Assembly (NCBI RefSeq): GCF_020745735.1
Contig: NC_083423.1
Span: 32,426,001 to 32,490,000 of the forward strand
From: Hemiscyllium ocellatum
Lineage: Eukaryota
Length of the DNA stretch: 64,000 nucleotides
Reading direction: 5' to 3'
Part shown: piece after piece, positions 23,991 to 36,906 of the stretch
Numbering within the stretch: position 1 is the stretch's first letter
Layout of the letters: the number at the start of each line of letters is the position of its first letter
Notes under the pieces: model-generated
The model's database searches: none
The model's input: only the letters and a program-made list of their open reading frames with translations
Told to the model about the DNA's origin: nothing
Position numbers and translations under genes: made by a program

Positions 23991-26765
23991 CAAAATGATC
24001 ACTGTCTCCTCAATGATGCCCCACTGCCCTTGAGATGCTTGGCTCACCTCATTCTCCAGAACAAGGTTTACCAGTACCTATGTCCTTGTTGGATTGGACA
24101 CAAACTGCTGTAGAAAATTCTCTTCAACTCAATCCAGGAACATTTGCTCTTGCTACCCTTAACACTACATACTTGGGTGATTAGAGACTCCAATTGTAAC
24201 TACTCTATGATGTTTGCACCTGTATGTAATTTCAATTCAGATCTGTTGTTGTATATCCGTCCTACTAATTGATGGTTCATAAACTACACTGAGCAACATA
24301 ATTATACACATTTTATTCCCTAGCTGTCACCAGATTGATTCTGTCCTCAAACCTGCTGGTTGTTCCTCTTGCTCCAGCATCGCAGTGCTCTTCTTAAGTC
24401 AAAAGCATCGCCCCCTTCATGCTTTTATTCTTTTTGCATTTTTTTGAACATCCTGTAACCAAGAATATGTAACAGTCAATCCTGCCCCTCTTTGAGCCAG
24501 GTTTCCTGTTCTGGGTTAGATGTGGGGTCCATCAAGTAGATTTCACATGTCATCCACTCCAAGCCTACTGTTGAGAAAAACCATTTCAAACGATTTTTTT
24601 CAAAAGTCATCAATTCACAGGCCTGTGGGCATGTTGTTTTGACACCATCAATGCCCAACCCCATAATGTAATGACCCCCTTCTGGAATTCAGTGTGAGTC
24701 ATTTCAGGAATGCAGTTGCAGCTTGGAAGGTCTGGTGGCGCTGTAAATTGAACCCTTTACATTTTCAATTTATAATGCCATGAGAAACATAATTTGTATG
24801 ACATAAAATCAGGTGAGTAATATGCAGTGCGTCCAGCTAAAGAACTTGTGAGGGATTTCAAGACATTTTCATGGTTCACATTCATTTACTTGAGCTCAGA
24901 CAAATTCTAGGCATAAATTCAGCTCCCTGTGGGGTATTCTGTTAATGTGAAAAGCAGGAAATTCAATGAGATCGCCAGTTTTATAGAGTTTGCAGCAGTG
25001 TCTTAAAGGAAAGATATGGAAGCATCGAACTGGAAAGATGAACAAGTTACAATAGCAGCAGAATTCAGTACACTGAATGCAATAGTAGTCTTTAAGTATC
25101 ATAACCCATAACTAACTGTGCCGAACGCGTTTTATCATTTTCTTAGTGTCATTATGCTGCTAAAGAATTTTACAGTGGGGGTCTGCTGAGGTAAAGAGAG
25201 CACAGACACAAACCTTCCTTCTAACAAATCTAACCAATGGGTAAACATATTTACAATTGCTCACTTACCTATCAATAATTATTCAGTCCCAGATATCTTA
25301 TTCATAGGAAACCAGCTAACAATCCAGTCTATGCAGGATTAGGGTTGGAGGTCAAAATGGCTATAGCTGCTATATTCAGGTACATAGAAAGATGAAAAAT
25401 CCCAAAACCACTTTGACAGCTACTGAGAGAAGTTGGAAGTGTGACGCAAGTGGAAGGAAGTATAGGATGGCAGGTTGATGGGTGAGTGGTGAAAGGATAG
25501 GTAAGAGGTAGAGTGATAGTTGATCACATTGGTAGATGGACAGATAAGTGTGGCAGATGTGTGATGATGTACAGTGGGTCAGGTGTCCAGAGAGCTGGTC
25601 AGTGTGAGTAATCCAAAGGTCAGTATTTTAGAGGTGAGTTGGAGCAGGTTTTAATACCTTTAACTTTTCCTTGCTAACTATTAGGGTAAGTAAGTTGGAA
25701 TGCTACCCCCCCAAGTCTCCTACTCAAACTCAGATTTGGAGATTTTTACAGTGGAATTAAGAAATCATTTAATTGCTCAACAGAAGTTTAAACTACCCAG
25801 GCAGTTGTGTATTAACACTTTCCAAAAGGTCATAACTTGCATATTTCAGGGTACATTCAGTCTCTAACTGTCTAGAAACTGGAAGATCTAAGCTGCTAGT
25901 TTAATTTAAGCAACATCTTACGATGGTACATCTTGTTTTGAGACTGAAAGTGCAAGCTCATGTGACATGCATCACTTCCTCAGGTGAAGTGTAGTGTGCC
26001 TCACTAACATAACACACGGGTTCAATGTTTAATGCTACAGTATTTAGCTTGACCTGACTTCAGCCAAAGATTACTTTAAGGAATATGCAAACCACAAACT
26101 AACCTAGCAAGCAGTGACAAAAATAGTGTTGTATGGTATCACAATGTTACCTAATCCTAATGAACAGGTATTGTACATGATGCCCATTTTTCCTGGGTGA
26201 TCTGGCCACTTTGATGAAGATTTGTGTGAAAGTTTGAATAGGAAGGAACTAAAGAGTTAGGCACGGATCTTAATCAGTTGAATTGCTTCACGTTGATATC
26301 CACCCAACAGTGAAGATCAAATTGGAATGTGGCAAGTGGCCAGAAAGTGAGTTTGAGAAGGATATAAACTGCCTCCTTATTCTTTCATACATCATGAGTC
26401 ATTAAACATAACTAGTCAGTGAAATGGATATTTCCTTATTTTCAATCATTTCACTTTAAGGGCAATATGTTTACTATTTAAAGTCAAACTACATTAGACA
26501 TTTATTAACTTTAGCACAAATGTAAAGAATCCAAACTTTGTCATCTTTAAAAGAAACTGAATTTTCCAATAACCAGCACTTAGGACTTGTAATAACAACA
26601 TCCGAATCAGTGCAGGTGACATTAAGTGTAATACAGAAAATATACCATTAATACACACTAGGATAAGCCTGCATACAAAGTGTTTGCAGCTATGTCATAT
26701 CCTGGCAATATTTCATATATTGTCATAGTTGAATTGAATCAGCTTTCTTTTCATATGAACTGACA

Positions 26766-26853
26766 ATGTGTTGCTGGAAAAGCGCAGCAGGTCAGGTAGC
26801 ATCCAAGGAGCAGGAGAATCGATGTTTCGGGCATGAGCCCTTCTTCAGGAATG
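26766..26853 (-). mobile_element. Solo Penelope terminal-repeat fragment with hammerhead motif (family A-related)
   Basis: Minus strand attc-CUGAAGA-a-GGGC-ucau-GCCC-GAAA-cauc-gauu. Confidence 0.8.
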
Positions 26854-27894
26854 TACTCACATGAGTAAGTTTACACATTGTAATGCTGAAAAGGTATTGA
26901 AAGAACAGACCTAGCAAGACATGACATTTGGATGCTCTGTAATGTTTAACATCAGAATTATAATCCACATGCAAGAAGGAAAACCACATGTGAATTTCTT
27001 TCATTGTACAAACATGGGGAAAAATAATAACATTCATTATGTGTCTTAGATTCCCTCAGGGGTTGAAAGAGCATCTGCCAGAACTTGACTTGTGGACTCT
27101 CAAATCCCATTGAAGAAAGAATTGCCAGAAAATTGGTGACTGTTTTGTCTGTAATCATTAGAAAGTGATTTTGAAAAGGTGCAGTGCATGCATTCACTGA
27201 TGTGGCTGGTCAGCATCCTGGGAGAGTGACATCTTGCTGATATCATTGCAGATAGCTGTTTATTAGTTTTTTTGTTCATATGCTCTACTGCATTCCTGGT
27301 TTTGATAAAGAGACAAGACAGATTTCTTTGCACTTTCTCTAAACTCCATCCAAAATACACTCCCTTTGGGCTAAAGAAGGATTTAAGTCATACTGGACTT
27401 GAATTTTCAGCTGGTGACTTGTCTTTAAAGTATTCATTCCATGAGAAGCCTCAGTTAATCTCTCATGATTAATGTTTCATGTCTCAATGATTGATACCCA
27501 AATTCAAACCGACACTTTTGAAATAATATCAAATAACCTTATTTCAATTCATCATGTGTTTTATTACAATGGAATTGGTGTTGCTATTTTCCAATAAGTT
27601 ATGTAATAAACTGCACTGAACAAAGTCTTCATCACAATAAAACCCTACAAGTATTGTCTCAGGATTATAATTAGTCAAATTGATATTGAACCAAAAGAAA
27701 GATTAGGACATATGACCAAAAGATTAGTCAAAGAATTATTGGAAAGGAAATTCTACAAGCTCCAAAGTGATTGAAATAGCAATGGTGCAAGAGAGTAAGC
27801 GAGGACTTTGGAAAATGTTGAGTTCATCATCATCAAACCCAAGGGCCGATCAGTTTTGTCTCAAAGGCAAGAGAGATTCAGAAGGTATTAAACA

Positions 27895-28800
27895 GCATCC
27901 TGTCAGCCATGACAACTCCAACACAGCTTAGGCTTTTTTTTGTGAATTAGAAATGCTTCCTCTGTTTGTGATTAGAGTCATGGAGTTATACAGCACAGAA
28001 ACAGACTTTTCTGTCTAATCTGTCCATGTCAACCAGTTATCCTTAACTGATCTAGTCCCATTTGCCAGCAATTTGCCCACATCCCTCGAAACCTTTCCTA
28101 TTCATTTACCTATTCACCTATTTAAGTGTCACAATTGTACCTGCCCTCTATCACCTCCTCTGGCAGCTTGTGCCATACTTGCACCACCCTCTGCATGAAA
28201 AAGTGCTCCTCAGGTCCCTTTAAATCTTTCTTCTCTCACTTTAAACCTACGTCCTCTAGGTTTGGACTCCTCTACCCTGAGGAAAAGACCTTGACTATTC
28301 ACCCTGTCCATGCCCCTCTGTATAAAGGTCAACCCTCAGGCTCCATGGAAAATTGCCTCAGCCGATTCAGTCTTTCCCTATAGCTCAAACCCTCCAATCC
28401 CAGTAACATTTTTGTATATATTTTATGAACCTTTTCAAATTTGACAACATTTTTCCAAAAGCAGGAAGACCAAAATTGAATGCAGTATTCTAAAAACAGC
28501 TTCACCAATGTCCTGTACAGCCATAAAATGATGTCCAAACTCCTATATTCAGTTCTTTGACAAATGAAGGCAAGCACACCAAATATTTTCTTCAATACCC
28601 TGTCTACTGCTTTTAAGGCTTCCTAGTAGTCCATCATAACTCCTTCAGTCACAACCAGCCTGAAGAGATCCAGTTCTTCAGCTCACCACATGATCTCAGT
28701 GATAACTCCCAGCTGACAAAAGGTATCCACAAAATGCATGGTTCATGATGACCATCTGGGACCCATTAACAGAGGTAGAGGAATGAGCTGGCGACCATAG
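27895..28800 (+). mobile_element. PIF/Harbinger transposase remnant interrupted by a CR1
   Basis: 28712-28780 translates ADKRYPQNAWFMMTIWDPLTEVE (HARBI1-type GDKGYP...WLMTP...P.T.AE). Traces of FPGS.HDS at about 28620 and F.NRK.F at about 27940. Confidence 0.6.
27975..28610 (-). mobile_element. CR1 3' fragment
   Basis: ORF 28329-28595 LYRTLV...LEYCIQFWS; tail agagtcat. Confidence 0.88.
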
Positions 28801-28974
28801 ACCAATATTGATGCTCTCACCTAGGCCAGATTTTCCTCAGAACTTGCTCCTTGTGATGTATGCATTGGCTGGTGCCTGAAGTATTTGTAAGTAATCAGTC
28901 AACTCAATGATTTCATATGTGTTGTCTTCCACTGTTGCCCTGCCGACCTTCATGCCAGTGCTCCTGCAATACAC

Positions 28975-29505
28975 ATCAGGACTTGTGCAAACCTACAGGA
29001 AAGACCTAAGGCTTGAGGGTGGAAATAACTGAGTGTTCATTCAAGAAATATCAGAATTTTAACATTCACCTATGCATAGCTCTTGGTGAAATTACAAACA
29101 TTTGAAGCCTTTGGCATGTGTTCCTGCATGGTGCTTGCTCCCCTGTTGTTGAGACTGACAGGCAGGAATCTGCTCTGTTCTTTGATATGTCAAAGGAGAT
29201 GCTTGTGGCCACATCCTCTGGGTTGCTGTACCCATGAGGGCTCAATTGTAAACTGTCCCTTTGTACATGCAGGGATACCACTAACCTTTGGAGAAGCAAT
29301 GTGTTCTACACTGAGACATGTTACCACCAAGGCACTTGTATCTGTGTTGATGGATAGGGCGCTGGAATCATGCAATGTTGCCTTCTCCAGGTGTCTACCA
29401 CCACCGAGCAAGTTATTTTTCATCCATCATCTCCTGCTATCCCAACAGCATTTACCAAATGCAACAACGAATGTAAGATCTGTGTCCCTTTCATTTTGGA
29501 ACTCT
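28975..29505 (-). mobile_element. RTE-clade LINE remnant
   Basis: Frameshifted C-terminal pattern L.HV..I....IP.....G.L..G....G....L. Confidence 0.5.
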
Positions 29506-32084
29506 TGATAATTGGATGGAATTTTACAGGCCACATTTTAACTCCATGTAGACCTCAGATAAACTAATGTCACAGAGAGTCAGATGCACATCCGAGGTGA
29601 CAGAAAATGGATTGAGATGATGTCATGATTCTGTGAGCCAACTTGCTGCCAGTAGTTGGTGGAGAATTGATTCTCCTGGCCAATCTCTAGCGCTTGTGTG
29701 AATGGGTGAAAGTGGCTTCAGGAGAAATGAGTGAAGTAGCAGAAGCTCAGAGATTGCAAAAGTCTACATCCATCTTTTCCCTGTGGAACCTCGAGGACAA
29801 TTTCTGTCCTTCTGCTCCCACAAAGGGCAATGCCTTAGTGACCTCTAATGCACTCTGTATCAGAGCAGCGCCATCATCAGATCCTGAGCTGCACATTTGA
29901 AAAAGAAACCTCTGGCTTTGGGCAGTCATCTTAGATGCTTATCCAGATGTGAAGAGAAAATAGTCAATATCATCTGAACTGGTTTTTAACAGTTAAGCAA
30001 TTGGAGATCTTTTCACTGTAGAATCCATTGATTTGCACTGGAGAGATTATGGCTAAAAATCACTCCATTTTAATCATACGGAGAGTGAAAGTTTATTTTT
30101 AGAACTACTATACTGTACTTATTTGAGAAACCTGTAGAATAGTAGCAGCAACATATAGTTAAGTATGAACTTTGGTGACTGTGATTTTGTACAAAATTCT
30201 CAAGATATTGCCTGAGATTGTGAAGTAGGTTTGTATCAAGCATGTCTGTGCTGAATAGAAATGTCCTGCCAGTTTCTGAGGGAAAATGAAACTTGGTCAG
30301 GCTGGTTATTCAATGCTTTTTGGCACATTCAGTTGGGGCATCCCTCCATATTAACATCGGGATCACGTTCAGTTAAAGTCGTCTTGGCCCAAGCTGAATG
30401 CTGTCTCTACAAGAATAAAATGTAAATGGGCTATTTATTTTTAATTCAAGAAAATTGTATCTCTGGGGATGGTATTGCAGTTATTTGGTTCAGATCAACG
30501 ATCTTTAGTGGAGCCAAGACGTTTTTAAATAGGAATTAATACTGTTTTCAAAACCTGGACCTATCTTTCCTCCCCTCTGTTGAGCAAAGCAATCATAATT
30601 TCACCTGAAAGCAAAATACTGATCCTACCATTTACAAAGCGTTTTTGTCTAAATTTTATTAATGCAGCAATTAGCTTGTGATGTCAGCACAGTACTCATT
30701 AGATAACTATCAGGTTCTTTGTTATTGTAGTCCAGAGCATAACAAAGTCAAGTTTAAGGACTGTGTGGTATTATAATAGATCTCTATAATGGTAATCTCC
30801 ATCAGTTAGTGATGAATAACAATGGATCTAAAGTTAACAAGCCTTTTTCCCCCATGTGTAAATTTATATTGGAATCTAAATTATATTCTTGAGAAGCTGT
30901 TTTACCTTTTGTAGGTTAGTTGGGTTTTTGGATTAGTCAGATTAATTCAAAATTCTCTGCAGAATTTTCTCTCTCCCCATCATCCAAAAGTAGTGATTTT
31001 GAATGGCAGGGTAGGACATTTATTCAGGGTAGTGAATGGGGATCATGACACCTTTCCTCCTACAGGTCTGTGCTGAGGATCAGTGAATGTCCTTCTCACC
31101 CCACTGCTGTTTTAGGCTCTGAGGTGGCCAACTTAATGCCCACTAAGAGGTGTTATCCTTCTCCTGTCATTGACCCACAAGTAAGCAGAATGCTCACTAT
31201 GAATGACAAAGAGCGCAGGGCTCTTCATTCACTTGAGGAGGGTATTCCTCATTCAAAAGCACTCAGTAGATGATCAAAGGAACAGAGATCGGGAAGAAAT
31301 GGTCCACTGTGAGTCATTCCCCTCCCCAAACTCCTGATACAATTGATCCAACTACATACAAAAAGTACTTGAAATAGCACAAATGCAATTACTTTTGTTA
31401 CCAGTCATGTAATGTCTCAATTTTAAAATTTTCATTAATGTTTTTAAATCAATTAATGGCCTCACTTTTTCTTCCTTCACTGTCATTTCTTCTAGTTCTC
31501 AGTTGTCTGGGATAACTGCATTTCTCCAGTTCTAGTCTCTCCAGTTCTAATTTCTCTGCCATTGGCATCCAAGCCTTCAGTTTCCGAGGCCCTATTCTCT
31601 GGAATTCTCTTTCAAATCCTTTCCATCGCTCTGTCCTTCTTTAAGTCACTGTAAGTCTATTTACTCTAATATCTCTACATATGGTTTGGTTTGTTAGCTG
31701 ATGCATGTGTGTAACTCTTTAGGATGTTTTATTATCATAAATACGTTTTATACATGTAAGTTATTGCTGTTGTATTAAATGCATTAAATTTGTGTCTGCT
31801 AATGCCAATCATGTTTTCTTGATTATGAAACAAATTTGCTTGGTCCCTCTGGCTGTATTTGTGACCTTGCAAACACCTGTATAAGGGAATGGTTTGGAAA
31901 GTGTTAATGTAGAAGTTGCATTAAGCACCACCCAAGATGATGATGTCACAATATCTTTGGGCAGGGAATCAGACATCAAGTGTGAGGTCCGGACTGAGAC
32001 AAACGTATAATTGCTGATTCCTGATGGGATAGTTTTAATTATGCCTAATCCATTGATGCTAATTACAGATAGAAACACAATAAG

Positions 32085-32460
32085 TAAGAGCAGGAGATGG
32101 CCATTCAGCTTTTTGAGCCTGATACATCATTCAGTATGATCATGTGTGACCATCCAGTTGAGTACCATGTTTGAGCTTTCTCTCCATACCCTTTGATTCC
32201 TTTAACTCTAAGAAGTATATCAAATTTCTTCTTGTAAACATTCAAGGTTTTGGCCTGAGCTGCTTTGTCTTGGCAGAGAATTCCACAGGTTGACCACTCT
32301 CTGGGTGAAGAAATTTCTCCTTATCTCAGTCTGAAATGGCCCAACCCAGGTCCTTAAATTGTGATCCCTCCTCGATCATTGGGAACATCTTACATTTACT
32401 GTGCCTAATCCTGTTAGATTTCATGGAATTCTATGAGATCATCCCTCATTTTGTTGAATT
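32085..32460 (-). mobile_element. CR1 3' fragment
   Basis: gagcaggag..ggccattcag; accactctctgggtgaagaaatttctcc. Confidence 0.8.
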
Positions 32461-33644
32461 ACCTAATACAACTGTACTTGTTATGTAATGCATTTGACTC
32501 TTCATGTTAAGACTCTACAGAGATCTACCACTGATAATTAAATAGGCTGTTAGACTCAGCAGAGAAATGAGGATTGAAGGCACCCAGAGTCCACTATGAC
32601 ATGGGCTGGATTTTTGAAATCCTCAAGGTAACAACAGTGGAGGAGATCCATTAACCTCAGGTGAAAAAAATGACTGAAGACAAGTGGGTATATCACTTTA
32701 AGAAAATTACAATGTTAAGAAGACACAGACATCAAAATTTATAGCAGTCAACAGTACTTGTGGGAGGATTGGGCAAAAATTGAACTCCAAAAGAAATAAA
32801 CTCAGAGCTGGTTAAAAAAAAGTGCAAGAAAAACTTAGGCTAATAAGAAAGTAAAAGAAAGCCACATCAGGAAGAGTGAGAGTCCTTCAAGATGCAGGCC
32901 ATAGGGAGCAAATGGGGGCTGTGGGAGTAAGTTTGAGGTTTCTGATAGCAAGAGGAAAGACTTATACACAATGGAATAAAGGCACAAATATTCAAACTCG
33001 GAAGGACAGAAGATGAAACGGTTTGTTTGTCCTTTGAAATGCATCTAACTGTCATCTTAAACAGGCTCCATGAGACACAACTATAGTAGAAAGAAGAAGG
33101 GCCAAGACAATTAATTTATACCGAGGCTGGACTATCAGAGGAGTCACAAAGCTTACTAAGGGGGCAGAGGAAAACTCACAAGATTTGAAGAGAAAGTTTT
33201 GCATAAGAAAGTAATTGGAAGACTTTTAGAAAATGTAAACTCAATTTAAACCACAATTTTTAGAAAAAAAACATTTATTAAGGCCTCAACAACAGAGATT
33301 TGTTTTTACAAATGTGTGAGGGGAAGCATATTGTGTTGTGGGCCAAGAACAGCAGGAAAGCATCCATTTTGAATGTGTTGAAGCAGGAAACATCCATCCT
33401 GACTTCAGAATAAGGGAAAGCAACACTGGAATTGTTGAGAAAGGCAGGAAAAGGATAACAGAGAACAGAGTTTAAACGTTTGCAGACAATTAAAATGCAG
33501 CAACTTTTTCCATATTACAGTTTTGTTTAAAGTATGGAGAAACTTTTAAGACAAGAGAATGTAAACATCATTGACTTAATGCACTTTTAAAGACAGCAGA
33601 TTAGAAAAAAAATTTGAGATGTGACAGCTTTTTGTATTTCTTTA

Positions 33645-33995
33645 TTTTTGCATGGGACATGTGCATTTTTGGCAAGTTTAGTATTTCTTGCTCATCCCTA
33701 GCTGTCCATAGAGCAGATAAGAATTAAACACATTACTGTGCACCTGGGTTCCCTTGTAGATGAGGGAAGGACAGCAAATTTTGTTCCCTAAAGGACATTA
33801 GCAAAACAGATGAGATTTTACAACAATTGACAAATATTGAACAGTTGCAATAATTGTTTTTTTATTATTCCAGTCATTTATTAAATTCAAATACAATCAG
33901 CTGCCATGTGGTATTTGAATCCATCTGCTCAGAGCAATTTCTCAGGGCCACTAGCCTGGTGTCCTAGTAACATTACCATTACTCCACTACTTCCC
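33645..33995 (-). mobile_element. tRNA-derived SINE (second family), decayed
   Basis: catgggacatg...gttccctaaaggacattagc...tttgaatcc. Confidence 0.6.
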
Positions 33996-34180
33996 CAAAA
34001 TTCAAAAGACCTTTCAACTATAGCACACTTTTTATTAACTGGCACCTATGAGACCAGTACTGGTTGATCAAATATCCCAGGTCAAGAGGTCCACATAATC
34101 AATGTAAAAACACACACTACGTAATAGAAAAACAGAGATCACTTAACTAATAATACAACTTTGCTTTAAATAAAACTTAC

Positions 34181-34333
34181 CAGCAGAGAGCCTTCTCACT
34201 TGCACCCTCAACTGACTACTTGGACATCGCAGAGATCGCAATAATATGGCCCATTTCTGGGATTTGATTTGCATAACCTTTGCTGGTTTATCAATAATGT
34301 TTGTTCACAAGATGTTGATTAAATCAAAGTTTG
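34181..34333 (-). CDS. Candidate start-codon exon (CDS 34274-34181, MQIKSQKWAILLRSLRCPSSQLRVQVRRLSA+g)
   Basis: Acceptor gttttagtttttcttattacag, donor ctg|gtaagt. The peptide is Arg/Leu/Ser-rich with no acidic residues, like a mitochondrial presequence. Not recognised as a known gene. Confidence 0.3.
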
Positions 34334-34399
34334 CTGTAATAAGAAAAACTAAAACTATTAAAAAGTGAAAATAGAAATGAAAAATATTTACTATCAGAG

Positions 34400-35451
34400 A
34401 TATGCCATGCAGAATACAGATTTGGACAGCTTGCAGACAGCAACTTTTAAATCACAAAGTTGCTTCTCAATTAAATACTGAGGCTGAGCAGGTTCATCTG
34501 CTATTGTGTTCGCAAGCCAATAGTAGATACGAAGAATCACTGTCAATACCACACAGGCCATGATACAAGAATGTCATAAACATAAAGGTCATTTCTAGAA
34601 GATGTACAGAAGTGGGGCAGAGCCTTAAAACAGCAAACATTATACACAAAAAAGAAGGTAGGGCAATAGAGCACAAAAGAGCAATTGCCATTGCAATAAA
34701 TACTAGAAGCATTCAGAGAGGTTTCAAAAATAGCTCTCAATCAACATTGCTCAGTTTTGAGCCTAAGCACATACATGCCTTGACCTCAACATTCTTGCTG
34801 CAGTAGATGGAGTTCAACTAGTTCTAAGAGAACATTAGAAACAAATTGTTGTCAAATGCCTGATTAAGAGACAACTGGTAGAAGATTTCAATGAACTTCC
34901 TCAACTCAGTGGAACATGAGAATAAGAATCCAATGTGATTACCTAAAATGGTATGAAAGAAATATTTCATTTTGCCAAGAAGAAACAATGGCCAGCAAGC
35001 CAAAAAAGACTCAGGCAAGTCCAACAAGAATAGAAAATGACCAAGAATGTATTGCTATTTGCCACTACTATATTGACAGTCTAATTTCCTTTCAGGGAGA
35101 CATATTGGCCAGGATGCATTTGGGGCACTTCGACATTGACAGGTTTACAGCAAGGGCTCAGTCAATATTTAGCCAGAGATCACAAGAGCGATTAACTTAT
35201 TGCAAAATCTGAATGTGTTTAGGATATGAAGCATCCAATGCAGACGATAAAGCATTCTCAAAGAATTGTGAAAGCTTCAGACTCTCTCCCATGGTGAAGT
35301 CAAAACCTTTGGAGTAGTGGTAAATATAAAAGTGGTTATACATGAATATATAAGTATCAACTAAGGAAAAGAGCTTGAGATGAGATGTGTTATAATGTAT
35401 TTGTTTTGAAAGATTTAACAGAGAAAATGCACTAGGATCTGTTAAAACAGA
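34400..35451 (+). mobile_element. Heavily deleted Gypsy internal region (gag zinc knuckle, RNase H, integrase traces)
   Basis: C.K.KGHF*KM.RS near 34570-34610; DILARMHLGHFDIDRFTARAQS (integrase HHCC region) in ORF 34916-35212. Confidence 0.6.
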
Positions 35452-35763
35452 TGTCACATACTACTTGAGTGGAGAATCCTAAAGTCTAGCATGAGGTCCC
35501 AATGGAAACAGCTCTGGCTCCTGTTAATTGTAATTATTGTTAACAAGTTAATGTTAATTATACCTATTGTTATGATGCAAAGGATGACATTTTGACGTGT
35601 AAAACAATTGATTCTTTTTGTTAGGTCCCATTACTGGTCTATCCTCTAACCCTGACAATCGGACAGAACCTTAGACTCAACACAAAGAAATAGATTGCTG
35701 GCAATGAACTACCCCCAACAACAAACTACCAGTGGGTGGCACCCAGAGTTCAATATGACCACA
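35452..35763 (+). mobile_element. Gypsy 3' LTR
   Basis: TG...CA ends, follows the integrase remnant. Shares aggtcccaatgga.aca, agactca and accc(c)caac..ca...ccagtgg with the LTR at 41568. Confidence 0.6.
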
Positions 35764-36319
35764 ATTAACAGGAATAAAAAGTTCATAGGCGTACAGTCTG
35801 TCATTATCTGCAATATGCACAACCCCACCAGTGACTCAGAATCCCACAGGATCCACACGTTAAACAAATAAACATTCTAACAAATTGTGCTATCATTATC
35901 TCTGCCTATTTTATCATGACATTATTATTTCTCAAGGACTTTACCAATAATTTTGTATTAAGAATGCTTTCAATATTCTGATATCCTTGATGCCATTTGT
36001 GGGTGTTAGATATGATGGGGAGGAACCCGAGAGGGACTGGCATGGACAAAGTTAAAAATCACACAACAGCTCAAGATAACCTAAGGTTTTATATAAAATC
36101 AAGTGACATCTCAGCTCAGACAATGCATTAAAGGTGTAAGGTTGGAGTCTGTCTGTATCCCAAACTTGAGTCAGAATGGTTCTATTTCCAAAATAGGAAT
36201 ACATAAAATATTCCATGGATTGACTGTCTGCATTGACTTCCTGCAGGTTGTGTGCTTTTTGAGCAAAATAGAATATATCTGCAAATATAATTCTGCAAAT
36301 GCAAATTCACCCTAGAGAC

Positions 36320-36615
36320 GCATGTGTGTGTTTGTGTGCATGAGAAAAAGAGAGCGAGAGAGTGAGAGTGAGTCTGTGTATGTGAGTGTCAGTGTGTGAG
36401 GTCATATGTGTTTGCTTGTGTGCATGCTTGGTAAAGTGTATATGTGAGTGTGATGAAGTAAAAGCCTGTGAGAAGGTGTGTGCATGGGTATGAATGTTAA
36501 GGGTGTATATAAGAGAGACCTTGTGTATGAAAGAGGATCTGCAGGAGTGTGTGAGTATGTAAGAGTGTGTGTATATGTGTACTTGTGAGTGTGTGTGAGA
36601 GAGAGTGCATAGTGT
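36320..36615. repeat. Degenerate (GT)n/(GA)n microsatellite region in the Penelope 3' region
   Basis: gtgtgtgtttgtgtgcatgagaaaaagagagcgagagagtgagagtgag... Confidence 0.85.
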
Positions 36616-36631
36616 AGTGGGGTCACCTGTA

Positions 36632-36906
36632 GATTAGATTCCCTACAGCGTGGAAACAGGCCCTTCGGCCTAATAAGTCCACACTAACCTACCCAGTCCC
36701 ATTTACCTCTGACTAATGCACCTAACACTACAGGCTATTTAGCATGGCCAATTCACCTGACCTGCACATCTTTGGACTGTGGGGGGAAACTGGAGCACCT
36801 GGAGGAAACCCAAACTTCACACAGACAGTCACCCCAAGGCTAGAATCAAACCTGGGACCCTGGCACTGTGAGGCTGCAGTGCTAACCACTGAGCCACTGT
36901 GCCGCC
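36632..36906 (-). mobile_element. HE1-type SINE nested in the Penelope element
   Basis: Reverse complement of the 16401 and 63156 copies; tgtag duplicated at both ends. Confidence 0.88.

Larger units (their letters stand above)
21380..24480 (-). mobile_element. Old CR1-group LINE ORF2 remnant with nested insertions
   Basis: Antisense RT and endonuclease motifs (ggtccccaacact..; atccatgctgact; tttgcaattctccagtc; catctcatctggtcttgg), heavily decayed. Confidence 0.65.

Noticed and set aside
26151-26248. Minus-strand exon candidate SFLFKLSHKSSSKWPDHPGKMGIMYNTCSLGL
   Set aside because: Short pyrimidine tract, mediocre donor, start phase incompatible with the other candidates, no recognisable homology.
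32600-33300. Possible Gypsy gag remnant
   Set aside because: Only vague purine-rich, coiled-coil-like similarity; no convincing motif.
34205-34260. YYCDLCDV zinc-finger-like peptide on the minus strand, and the lone in-frame TGA as possible selenocysteine
   Set aside because: That frame is closed by stops on both sides and lacks His ligands; no selenoprotein context or SECIS seen.
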